DNA of 64,000 bases from Bacillota bacterium (lineage in GTDB: Bacteria > Bacillota > Dehalobacteriia > UBA4068). The stretch covers positions 6,100-70,099 of the forward strand of contig JBMNFI010000002.1 of NCBI GenBank assembly GCA_050949225.1, read 5' to 3'. The notes beneath the pieces are model-generated. The model was not told the DNA's origin. It saw only the letters and a list, made by a program, of their open reading frames with translations, and did not search any database. Of this stretch, positions 9,962-18,321 are shown in pieces. Both the position numbers and the translations under genes were made by a program. Each line of letters opens with the position of its first letter. Positions within the stretch are counted from its first letter, which is position 1.

Positions 9962-10399
9962 TTATTTGATTGGCTCATCAGGAAAATCGAATGGTCGGTC
10001 CTTCATCATTGTCATGTAATATTCTAAAATCTTACGACGGCGAACAATCCCGATAAATACTCCAAAATCATCAACTACCGGGATGAAGTTCTGTCCCATT
10101 GCAGCATTCAGTAAATCGGAAACCCTGGCATCCACTGCTACGGATTGATTGTCCTGTTTTCTAGGCACATCCTTTAATTTCACGGTACCCGCCGAAGCTA
10201 AACTCATATCATGCGAATCTTTGATATACCATAAAAAGTCGGCTACTGAAATACTTCCCGCATAACGACCATCATCATCCAATACAGGTACCGAAGTATA
10301 ACCATAATGCTGCATTTTTTCTAAAGCCTGCCGGACAGTATTGCTTAAAGTTAGATAAACCGTTTCATTTTTGGGGGAAAGAAAAAAGGCGACTTGCAA
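9962..10399 (-). CDS. CBS domain-containing protein
   Basis: 145 aa with two CBS-like halves (TSVPVLDDDGRYAGSIS and NFIPVVDDFGVFIGIVRRRKI). TTG start with GGAGATGA upstream. Confidence 0.7.
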   Translation of the reverse strand: MQVAFFLSPKNETVYLTLSNTVRQALEKMQHYGYTSVPVLDDDGRYAGSISVADFLWYIKDSHDMSLASAGTVKLKDVPRKQDNQSVAVDARVSDLLNAAMGQNFIPVVDDFGVFIGIVRRRKILEYYMTMMKDRPFDFPDEPIK

Positions 10400-10591
10400 A
10401 ACTAATCATCTCCTATGTTTTTCTGCTCTTATAAGCCTATTCGCTTAAGATACAATTAATTAAAAAATTGAGATTAAAAGCTACTCCTTTTAAAGCATTT
10501 ATTCGCCGTTTCGTTTTCTTTCACCTGCCGTTATCTTTCTTTCGCCATATCTTCACAAAACAGAAAGACTTAAATCCTCTCAAAAATTATT

Positions 10592-11722
10592 TTAAAACTC
10601 TTTCTCTTGCTTTAATTGATCACGCTTATAAGATAATTCGCGGATTTCCTGTTGTGCCTTTTCAATAGCTGCCATTTGCTCCTGGAATAACTTATCCAGG
10701 CGCTCTATCTGTTGCTCGTACTCTTCTGTGCTATTTGGTTTTTTCTTGATCTCTTCATGAAAAGCAGCCCTTTGGGGATTATCACTTAACTCATCAGCGG
10801 ACAGCTCTTCCTGTGATTGAAAAGACTCATCTTCTTTTGCCGGTGATGGCTTTGATTGTCCCAAAGACTCCTCAGCCGCAGCAACAGGTGGCATCTCTTT
10901 GTCCTTTTCAGGAGAAAAAGCAACACCGGCAGGCACGATTTCATATTCGCTGCTTTCCTCAATTTCCGGGATATAACCCGGCTTTTCTTGATCCAAAACA
11001 TCGCTGGCGTAAATGGTTTCCCCCATTTGTTCATCCCAAAAAACCTGCTCCTTTTGAGCAGCCTTTGTAACATTTACATCAGTCGACACTTCCGATGGCT
11101 GCTCCTTGTCAGAGGAAGAGCCTGTAATTTCTTTTATTTCTTCACGCTCCACAGCAATGGTAGAAGTCTCTCCTAACACGGGATTAACCGCAGAAGGAAT
11201 TGCCTCTTGAGCCAAAGCCTGACCTGCTATATAAAAGTCATCAAGCTCTTGATCTTCTGCAAACCCCTGATCTGCCTCATGCAGGCTTTCCTCTGGCACA
11301 GGCTCTACCGCATCCGAAACCTTATCTTGTGCCAAAACTGTATCACCAAGATCATCGCTAATAGCCGGCGATCCAGAGGGTTTTGCTGCGGTAGCTTCTT
11401 TAGAGGCCATCGTTGTTAAGTATGTCACCAGCTTTGAGAATTCCATCTTAGACATGCTTTCCTGAGCAAAAGTCAAGATCTCGCTAATTTCCTCCTCTGT
11501 ACTGGCATGTTCCAAGATCTCCAATAAAACCTCATCACTAACATATTGGTCAATGGTTTTATCAAAATTTTCACTTACTTTATTTATGTAATTATCCGCA
11601 GCAGCCTGTTCCCGCTCTTCCTGTTTTTCCTGCCCTTCCTGCCGCTCTGTCATGATCAGCACTCGAACCATAATAATAACTAACGCCACTCCGATTCCCA
11701 CATAGATTAGGAATTCATACAT
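10592..11722 (-). CDS. Hypothetical membrane-anchored, highly acidic protein with a C-terminal coiled coil
   Basis: 376 aa with an N-terminal TM (FLIYVGIGVALVIIMVRVLI), a long E/D/S/Q-rich region, and a C-terminal heptad-like QQIERLDKLFQEQMAAIEKAQQEIRELS. AAAGGAGA RBS. Confidence 0.55.
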   Translation of the reverse strand: MYEFLIYVGIGVALVIIMVRVLIMTERQEGQEKQEEREQAAADNYINKVSENFDKTIDQYVSDEVLLEILEHASTEEEISEILTFAQESMSKMEFSKLVTYLTTMASKEATAAKPSGSPAISDDLGDTVLAQDKVSDAVEPVPEESLHEADQGFAEDQELDDFYIAGQALAQEAIPSAVNPVLGETSTIAVEREEIKEITGSSSDKEQPSEVSTDVNVTKAAQKEQVFWDEQMGETIYASDVLDQEKPGYIPEIEESSEYEIVPAGVAFSPEKDKEMPPVAAAEESLGQSKPSPAKEDESFQSQEELSADELSDNPQRAAFHEEIKKKPNSTEEYEQQIERLDKLFQEQMAAIEKAQQEIRELSYKRDQLKQEKEF

Positions 11723-11757
11723 ATAAATTCTCCTTTTATGACAATTTTCAGATTCAG

Positions 11758-13170
11758 CTATTTTGATAAAACATACATTGCCTGGACGTATATTTTACTT
11801 AAACGGATCAGATCCTTTTGCGATAAATATTCATCTGCTTGATGAGCTAACTGCTCTTGCTTGGGAAAGACCGGACCATATCCCACAAATTTATCAAAGA
11901 CCCGGGCATATGTTCCTCCCCCAATCACCAAGGGCTCGCTGTCATCTCCGGTAATCTGCCGATAAGATTGCAAAAGATCCTGTACAAATGGTTCATCTAA
12001 AGGGACAAAAAGAGGTTCCTTAGCCTCCGACACAGCAAGATGCAAACCATAAAATACCGCAGTTTTTTTAATCCGCTCTAAGAAATACTGCCACTTAAAG
12101 GTAACAGGAAAACGGAAATCTATGCCTACAGTAATTTTCCGATCATCCATTAGTAAAGAAGTCGGGGCCATACTGGTTTTTCCATATTGATCTTCAGCAT
12201 AAACGCCTAAAGCGCTGCCATCAAAATCACAACCCGTAAGTTCGTAACAGTTTTTGAGAAAAACACCTGTCGCACCGCTGACGGGTAATCGGTTTAAAAA
12301 GTCCAACAATAACGTAATTGCATTACGTCCTTTTTCCGGCAAGGAGCCATGGGTGGTTTTCCCCAATGCCTTAATGTTATAACCATCATCTGTTGCCATT
12401 AGCAGCAGATGATCATGGTCCGACCATTTGGCATAGGCTTCTTCTAAGAGAAACGAACCGTGCGGTGAAAGAGTTAAAAAAGCTTCTGCTCGATCGGGAA
12501 TAACATTATCACTCACACCACCATGCAGTTTTTTAATAACGATATCACCAGCTTCATCACCACGCTTGGCCGATAGTTCAAAATGGACGATACCCTTTTC
12601 ACCATAGATTAACGGAAACTGGGCATCCGGCGTAAAACCAAAATCGGGCTTTGGACAATGCTGCAAAAAATAATCCATGCAAGCAAAACCGGATTCTTCA
12701 TCCGTGCCGATAATCAAACGAAGTTTGTTGTTAAGAGGCAAATTGCTCTCTTTAAGCGCTCTGAGCGCATACAAGCAAGCAATCAACGGACCTTTATCAT
12801 CCACGGCACCGCGGCCGTAAATTTTTCCGTCTGATATTTGGCCGCCAAAGGGCTCTTTAGTCCAGGCGTTGCCTGCCGGCACCGTATCGATGTGACAAAG
12901 GATGCCCACTTGCTTTTGTGAGGGTTTAACTTGAGTTTGATAGTCAATCAAACCCACATAACCCTCCAAGTTTTGGCAAGGCAACTGCCACTTGTCGGCC
13001 TTTTGCAAAACAAATTGCAAAGCTGCAGCGATTCCGGCTCCAAAAGGAGCCTGCTGCCTTGCAGCGGCCTTAGTCGTATCAAAAGTCAAAAGTTTTTGTA
13101 AATCACTGGTCATTTCTTCACTGTAACCATCAATATAATCATCAAGGATTGCTTCAAAAATTTCTTTCAC
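11758..13170 (-). CDS. M20-family dipeptidase (PepV / Sapep-like)
   Basis: 470 aa. GILCHIDTVPAGNAWTKEPFGG...GRGAVDDKGP is a typical M20 metal-site region. GTG start with AGGAGA upstream. Confidence 0.8.
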   Translation of the reverse strand: MKEIFEAILDDYIDGYSEEMTSDLQKLLTFDTTKAAARQQAPFGAGIAAALQFVLQKADKWQLPCQNLEGYVGLIDYQTQVKPSQKQVGILCHIDTVPAGNAWTKEPFGGQISDGKIYGRGAVDDKGPLIACLYALRALKESNLPLNNKLRLIIGTDEESGFACMDYFLQHCPKPDFGFTPDAQFPLIYGEKGIVHFELSAKRGDEAGDIVIKKLHGGVSDNVIPDRAEAFLTLSPHGSFLLEEAYAKWSDHDHLLLMATDDGYNIKALGKTTHGSLPEKGRNAITLLLDFLNRLPVSGATGVFLKNCYELTGCDFDGSALGVYAEDQYGKTSMAPTSLLMDDRKITVGIDFRFPVTFKWQYFLERIKKTAVFYGLHLAVSEAKEPLFVPLDEPFVQDLLQSYRQITGDDSEPLVIGGGTYARVFDKFVGYGPVFPKQEQLAHQADEYLSQKDLIRLSKIYVQAMYVLSK

Positions 13171-13401
13171 ATTGATCTCCTATTCGACATTGTGGAACAC
13201 TATAGAACAAATATCTACAGCTTTTCTATTCTACATTTTTGTTGCTTTTTCCTGTTATATAGATACCTTTTATTTGTTTTTTGGATAAAATACCCTGCCA
13301 TAAAAAGGATTTTAAAGGCTTTAAAAGAATCTCTTTTCTTATAGGGTTTAGATAAAAGGGTTTTCTAAAGATATTATTAACTAAATAGCGAGGATTTTAT
13401 T

Positions 13402-14400
13402 ATGAACAAAAAACATCTTTTATTAATAATAATTGTTTGCTTAACTATGGTTTTTTCCGCTTGTGCCAATAATGGGGGACAATCCGCCAAAGCTGATGAT
13501 GAAAATAACACCGCAGAATCTGACAGGCGGCCTTTTTTGCAAGACACAGAAACTGAAAAAGCCATTGTTTACTATCTGACTGCTGAGCGTAAGTGGCTGG
13601 TCCCGACAACGACAAACATTCCCGCAACTCGTCAAATGGCACAAGTCGCTGTGGAAAAATTGCTGGCAGGGGCGCCCAATGACGACCTAGCTTCGCCCTT
13701 ACCGGAGTCCATCAAGCTGCTGGCTATTTATACCATAAATGATACTGTGTATATAAATTTAACTAAAGAATTTCTTAACATAAAGGAGGACTTGGTTGAA
13801 CGGGCACTGGAATGCCTTATACAAACAACGCTTTCCCAAGCCGAGCAAACTAAACTGCAAATTCTTATCGAGGGCAAAACCGTTGACAAGCTGGGTGATG
13901 CGGATATCAGCAAGCCACTTACTTTAAAGGTCATTAACTGCAACGAAGATCTGGGGTTATCAGATCCTCACATAACCTGTTATTTTTCTGATGAAATGGG
14001 CATGTATTTGGTTCCCATCTCACGAAAATCTACGGCCAGTAATCTCTCTGGGACTGATTTGACCAATCATTTGATCGAGCAAACCATAGATTTCTTATGG
14101 CAAGGTCCCCCTGAAGAGAGTAGCTTGTATGCGGTCATGCCTGAAACAGGCAAACTTCTTAATCATCGGCTGGAAGGGGATTTATTAACGCTGGATTTTT
14201 CCTCTGATTTTGTCAACTACAGCAGTGGAACCAGCAGCGAAATGCTAATGACTTATGCTCTTTATTATTCCTGCACCGCTATTCCGGGTATTAATAACGT
14301 AAAAATTCTCATTGATGGACAAGTTGCCGATTATTTGCCGGGGGGAACGGATATTAGCAACATTTTATCACCGGATGAACCTCTTAATCTAATACAATAA
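13402..14400 (+). CDS. gerM: GerM-like sporulation/germination lipoprotein (two GerMN-like halves)
   Basis: Lipoprotein signal LLLIIIVCLTMVFSAC. Two repeats have the pattern ...YYLT..WLVP...AVEKLLAGAP and ...CYFSDEMGMYLVP...TIDFLWQGPP. Confidence 0.6.
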   Translation: MNKKHLLLIIIVCLTMVFSACANNGGQSAKADDENNTAESDRRPFLQDTETEKAIVYYLTAERKWLVPTTTNIPATRQMAQVAVEKLLAGAPNDDLASPLPESIKLLAIYTINDTVYINLTKEFLNIKEDLVERALECLIQTTLSQAEQTKLQILIEGKTVDKLGDADISKPLTLKVINCNEDLGLSDPHITCYFSDEMGMYLVPISRKSTASNLSGTDLTNHLIEQTIDFLWQGPPEESSLYAVMPETGKLLNHRLEGDLLTLDFSSDFVNYSSGTSSEMLMTYALYYSCTAIPGINNVKILIDGQVADYLPGGTDISNILSPDEPLNLIQ

Positions 14401-14504
14401 TGGCTTATTATTTAAAAATGCCACAGACTTTATTTTGTTACTCTCTTTAAAATATAGTAAAAAACCGCCTTTATCACTGATATTATCACAAAAGGAGTGT
14501 TTTT

Positions 14505-15671
14505 GTGACTAAAACCATCTATTTTGATTGTCCTACCGGTCTTGCCGGTGATATGATCCTTGCCGCTTTACTTGATTGCGGGGCTGATCTTGATTACATT
14601 AAAGAACATTTATTGCGGCTGCAACTGCCCCCTTGGCAAATCTCCTGCCAAGAAACAATTAAGAACCAGCTGGCCGCTAAAAAACTGCAGATTTCTTATG
14701 AAAAAAGTCCTCAACACCGTCACTTGGCAGATATTGAACAGCTAATCATGGCGGCAAACTTTCCGGCCACAGCGGAAAAAACCGCTTTAGCTATTTTCAA
14801 TAAATTAGCGCAGGCGGAAGCGGCTGTCCATGGCACATCCACCGCTAAAGTTCATTTTCATGAAGTAGGAGCTACTGACGCTCTGATTGATATTTGCGGC
14901 AGTGCCTTGGCATTGGACTTTTTAGGAATCGAGAAGGTTTATTCTTCACCATTACCTTTATCTCATGGTTTTGTGACATGTGATCATGGCACCATTGCCA
15001 TACCGGCGCCTGCCGTTTTAGAGTTACTTAAAGGAGCAAAGCTCCGGCACTCCATGCTGAATGGAGAACTGATAACCCCTACAGGAGCGGCTATTTTGAT
15101 GACGATTATTGCCGACGACGGTTTTTTTGTTCCTGATTTTGTTTTACAAACGACCGGTCGCGGCGCCGGAAAAAGAGATTTACCGGTGGCTAATATTCTG
15201 CGTTTACATTTAGGAAGTACGACGAAAAAGGAAGCCGTTGATGTTCTAACATGCTGGATCGATGACAGTCAGCCCGAGTTTTTAGGCTATTTGTGGGAAA
15301 AAATGCTGGAAAACGACTCGGTTCTGGATATGGGTTACAGCCCTCTTTTTATGAAAAAAGGGCGCCCTGCATGGCAACTTTCCGTAATTACCATGGCAGG
15401 GTCTGCCGAAGAAATAGCCCAACTAATCATGGCAGAGACTTCAACTCTCGGTGTCCGCATCCGTCGTGAAAGACGATTAATCGCCCCACGATACAGCACC
15501 ACGGTAAAAACCCCTTATGGAACTATTGCCATTAAGGTAAGCAAAAAAGGGGCAAGCGTTAACGTCTCTCCGGAATTTTCCAGCTGCCAAAAGGCGGCTC
15601 AACAAACTGCTCAGCCACTAAAGGCTGTTTACCAGGCTGCTATTGCGGCTTATCTACAACAAAAAACTTAG
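14505..15671 (+). CDS. larC: LarC-family nickel insertion protein (DUF111)
   Basis: 388 aa. The N-terminal IYFDCPTGLAGDMILAALLDCGADL and the HFHEVGATDALIDICG motif are typical of LarC/DUF111. GTG start after AAAAGGAG. Confidence 0.8.
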   Translation: MTKTIYFDCPTGLAGDMILAALLDCGADLDYIKEHLLRLQLPPWQISCQETIKNQLAAKKLQISYEKSPQHRHLADIEQLIMAANFPATAEKTALAIFNKLAQAEAAVHGTSTAKVHFHEVGATDALIDICGSALALDFLGIEKVYSSPLPLSHGFVTCDHGTIAIPAPAVLELLKGAKLRHSMLNGELITPTGAAILMTIIADDGFFVPDFVLQTTGRGAGKRDLPVANILRLHLGSTTKKEAVDVLTCWIDDSQPEFLGYLWEKMLENDSVLDMGYSPLFMKKGRPAWQLSVITMAGSAEEIAQLIMAETSTLGVRIRRERRLIAPRYSTTVKTPYGTIAIKVSKKGASVNVSPEFSSCQKAAQQTAQPLKAVYQAAIAAYLQQKT

Positions 15672-15684
15672 TGAGAGGATATAA

Positions 15685-16338
15685 ATGACTGCAATATTAT
15701 TCGATTTAGATGGCACTATCGCCAACTCTTTACCTGGGATACTCGATACCACCCGACGGACTTATGAAAATTTCAATCTGCCTTGGCACAAAGAAGAGGC
15801 TCTTTCCTTAGTTGGCTTACCCCTTTTGGCAGTTGGCGAAAAATTGCTGGGGGCAAACCATGCTCAAGAATATTATGATGCTTATCAAAAAAACTTTTTA
15901 TCTTATCGAGGTGCTGATGTAGAAGCCTATGATGGGATACCCCAATTACTGCAAAAACTTACCGCCCAAGAAATACCTCTGGCTATTGTCACCTCAAAAG
16001 TAAGACGTGGATGTTTAAGAACATTAAAGGCGCTGGACTTGACTCATTATTTTAAGCACCTGGTTACAGCAAGTGATGGCTGCGGTGCAAAGCCCGATCC
16101 GGAGCCGGTTTTATGTGCTTGTCAAAAACTGGGTAAGGAGCCGTCAGAAACTTTATTTATTGGTGACAGTTTTTTTGACATCAAAAGCGGTCAAGCAGCC
16201 GGAACGACGACTTGTGCAGTTTCTTGGGGAGCCGGGAAAAGAGCAGATCTGCTTGCATATGGACCGGATTTTATGGCAGAGAATGTCCCTGAGCTGGATG
16301 AAATTGTTTTTAAATGGCTGCGGCCTTTTAACAAATGA
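15685..16338 (+). CDS. HAD-superfamily hydrolase (phosphoglycolate phosphatase / PpaX-like)
   Basis: 217 aa with HAD motifs: LFDLDGTIANS (I), VTSK (II) and FIGDSFFD (IV). Confidence 0.75.
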   Translation: MTAILFDLDGTIANSLPGILDTTRRTYENFNLPWHKEEALSLVGLPLLAVGEKLLGANHAQEYYDAYQKNFLSYRGADVEAYDGIPQLLQKLTAQEIPLAIVTSKVRRGCLRTLKALDLTHYFKHLVTASDGCGAKPDPEPVLCACQKLGKEPSETLFIGDSFFDIKSGQAAGTTTCAVSWGAGKRADLLAYGPDFMAENVPELDEIVFKWLRPFNK

Positions 16339-16355
16339 ATTTAGGGGGAGATTAA

Positions 16356-16772
16356 ATGTTAAAAGAATTTAGGGAGTTTTTGATGAGGGGCAATGTAGTA
16401 GACCTGGCAGTAGCCGTAATTATCGGCGGTGCCTTTGGGAAAATCATCTCATCCCTGGTCGATGATGTTTTAATGCCCTTAATCGGTTTAGCTACTGCCG
16501 GCGTGGATATGAGAGACTGGAGTGTTATGCTTAAGCCGGCCGTAATGGATGGTAGTACGGTTGTTTCATCTGAAGTAGTTTTAAACTATGGCGTTTTTTT
16601 GCAAAACGTTATCGATTTTGTGATCATTGGTTTCTGTATTTTTATTATCATCAAAATCGCCAACAAAGCACAAAAAGCTTTCTCCAAAGAACAAGAGGTT
16701 AAAGATGCAGAGGTAAACAAACAAGAGGTTCTGTTAACAGAAATTCGCGACCTCTTAAAAAAAGACAATTAA
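16356..16772 (+). CDS. mscL: Large-conductance mechanosensitive channel
   Basis: 138 aa. FREFLMRGNVVDLAVAVIIGGAFGKIISSLVDDVLMPLIG is the canonical MscL N-terminus. Confidence 0.92.
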   Translation: MLKEFREFLMRGNVVDLAVAVIIGGAFGKIISSLVDDVLMPLIGLATAGVDMRDWSVMLKPAVMDGSTVVSSEVVLNYGVFLQNVIDFVIIGFCIFIIIKIANKAQKAFSKEQEVKDAEVNKQEVLLTEIRDLLKKDN

Positions 16773-16777
16773 AAATA

Positions 16778-16823
16778 AAAGCCGACAGCTTCTTTTAGAT
16801 AAAGCTGTCGGTCTTTTATTTTT
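16778..16823. terminator. Bidirectional intrinsic terminator between mscL (+) and the CAP-domain gene (-)
   Basis: AAAAGCCGACAGCTT...AAGCTGTCGGTCTTTTATTTTT: a GC-containing 10-bp stem flanked by an A-run and a T-run. Confidence 0.8.
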
Positions 16824-16846
16824 AAGTTTTCCGCTGCCCAGCAGCT

Positions 16847-17677
16847 TTATTGCATGACCAACATCGTTAAATAAAAATCTGTATTAGTCGTATTATTTTT
16901 TTTACGGATAGAAACACCAATATTTTTAGCGGAAGGGGAAAGGATGTTAGAATTTCCCTCCCCGGTAATTAATGCATCAAAAAAAGATTGAGCGGAGGGG
17001 AAACCATAGGCAATATTTTCCCCCACATTGCTTAGTCCGTATTGAGCCACCCTTTGCTCATAAGTACCATTAGTGGGCGAGTTATGACTAAAAAAGCCTT
17101 TTTCCGCCATGTCCTTAGAGTGAGCCTGCGCCATCATAATCAGGGTGTTATGATTACTAAAACTTTTTAAACCTTTATCCTTCCGATAATCGTTGACCAG
17201 TTTAATAAACTCCTTTTCTGTATCAGAGAGCGATAAAAGAACACCTGAATCCGTGATCATTACGGTTTTCGTCTTATTATTCCAGTTCACATTGGTTTTA
17301 AGGCTTTCTCCCACAAACCGAATAGGAACCAAGGTGCGCCCTTTAATCACTTTAGCAGGCACATCTAAAGTTATACTCTTGCCATTAACGGTAGTATTTG
17401 TTTTATTGAGGTAAAGGAGAATAATATCGGATCCTTTACTTAGAGTGACTTTTTTGGTTGAGCCCTGGTAATTAACGCAACAGCCAAGATTTTCGGCAAC
17501 AGCACGAACCGGCACCAGCACACGTCCTTGTTCAAGAACGGGCGCAACATCCGGTTGCAAAGTGGTACCGTTGACCACGACTTTTACCTCCTGTGTAGCT
17601 AAAGCAGGAACTATCGTCACAGCCATAATCAGGGCGCAAGCCAATATCACAATTAGGATTTTTTTATTCTTAAACAT
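16847..17677 (-). CDS. Secreted protein with copper-amine-oxidase-N-terminal-like (stalk) repeats and a C-terminal CAP/SCP (YkwD-like) domain
   Basis: Signal peptide MFKNKKILIVILACALIMAV. VVVNGTTLQPDVAPVLEQGRVLVPVRAVAENLG and TVNGKSITLDVPAKVIKGRTLVPIRFVGESL are Cu_amine_oxidN1-type. AQAHSKDMAEKGFFSHNSP is CAP-type. Start trimmed to 17677 (AAGGAGG upstream). Confidence 0.7.
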   Translation of the reverse strand: MFKNKKILIVILACALIMAVTIVPALATQEVKVVVNGTTLQPDVAPVLEQGRVLVPVRAVAENLGCCVNYQGSTKKVTLSKGSDIILLYLNKTNTTVNGKSITLDVPAKVIKGRTLVPIRFVGESLKTNVNWNNKTKTVMITDSGVLLSLSDTEKEFIKLVNDYRKDKGLKSFSNHNTLIMMAQAHSKDMAEKGFFSHNSPTNGTYEQRVAQYGLSNVGENIAYGFPSAQSFFDALITGEGNSNILSPSAKNIGVSIRKKNNTTNTDFYLTMLVMQ

Positions 17678-17793
17678 GGAGACCTCCTTAAAAGATTCTC
17701 TCCAACGGCTAAACAAACTTCATCTGTAGAGATTTATATTCTAGAAATAAATGTCAGATCCTTTATTTACATAAATTTATTAAAATAAAAAAC

Positions 17794-17822
17794 TTGCATT
17801 ATCAAAAGATCTATGCTATGAT
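17794..17822 (+). promoter_or_regulatory. Sigma-A-type promoter candidate for the orphan riboswitch transcript
   Basis: TTGCAT (17794-17799), a 17-nt spacer, then TATGAT (17817-17822). The predicted TSS at ~17829 lies just upstream of the aptamer start at 17835. Confidence 0.5.
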
Positions 17823-17834
17823 TCTAATATATTT

Positions 17835-17948
17835 AGATTTACAAATTGTCCGAAGCTGTTTGACCTAAAGTAAAAACCATGGCAAACAGCCACTGGGTAG
17901 CAGTGGAAACGCTTCTATCTCCCGCATTGGAAAGGATGATATTGATCT
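17835..17948 (+). promoter_or_regulatory. Candidate Moco riboswitch aptamer, copy 2 (no coding gene downstream)
   Basis: AGATTTACAAAT-tg-TCCGAAGC-[GCTGTTTG...CAAACAGC hairpin]-CactGGGTAgcaGTGGAAACgcttctATCTCCCGcATTGGAAAGGatgatATTGATCT. It has the same conserved blocks, in the same order, as copy 1. The helix sequences differ (closing helix AGAT/ATCT here, TACC/GGTA in copy 1). Confidence 0.6.
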
Positions 17949-17955
17949 GTAATTT

Positions 17956-17993
17956 ACAGGTTATTTTCCGATGTGGAAAATAACCTGTTTTTT
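17956..17993 (+). terminator. Intrinsic terminator directly after aptamer copy 2
   Basis: ACAGGTTATTTTCC-gatgt-GGAAAATAACCTGT followed by TTTTTT. It starts 7 nt after the aptamer 3' end, the same spacing as in copy 1. Confidence 0.8.
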
Positions 17994-18049
17994 ATTTCTC
18001 ATAAGTTCTTTTAAAATTTTGCCAGAATAACCGCATAGTTTTACCCTGT

Positions 18050-18102
18050 AGGATAAGCATGAAGCATTGCTTTTAGCAGGAAGCAATGCTTCTGCCTATC
18101 CT
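18050..18102 (+). other. Long near-perfect stem-loop in an ORF-less spacer
   Basis: AGGATAAGCA-t-GAAGCATTGCTT (loop ttagcagg) AAGCAATGCTTC-TGCCTATCCT: 12 perfect bp plus 10 bp with one mismatch and one bulge. There is no flanking U-run on either strand. Confidence 0.6.
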
Positions 18103-18197
18103 TCGTAAAACAATTGCGACTTTTAAATAATTGCCCCATAACTGCACTTTTGTGATTGCTTTATAGACAAAGGTGTAATTCTTTCCTATTTTCCCCG

Positions 18198-18233
18198 CAA
18201 ACAGGAACTTTTAAAAGTTCCTGTTTGTTTTTT
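18198..18233 (+). terminator. Intrinsic terminator closing the ORF-less region
   Basis: CAAACAGGAACTT-ttaa-AAGTTCCTGTTTG (13 bp perfect) followed by TTTTTT. Confidence 0.8.
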
Positions 18234-18253
18234 ACCCTTTCGTAAACGAACTC

Positions 18254-18282
18254 TTGTAGATAGCAATTATTTAAGGTACAAT
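18254..18282 (+). promoter_or_regulatory. Sigma-A-type promoter candidate for the M29 aminopeptidase gene
   Basis: TTGTAG (18254-18259), a 17-nt spacer, then TACAAT (18277-18282). It lies downstream of the 18198-18233 terminator. Confidence 0.45.
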
Positions 18283-18321
18283 AAAAAAGACTGTTCTACT
18301 TTATAAAAAGGAGTCGACACC

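Noticed and set aside
10786-11419. Four overlapping ORFs (70-106 aa) on both strands inside 10592-11722.
   Set aside because: They are shadows of the long acidic low-complexity CDS, which has a good RBS and an N-terminal TM.
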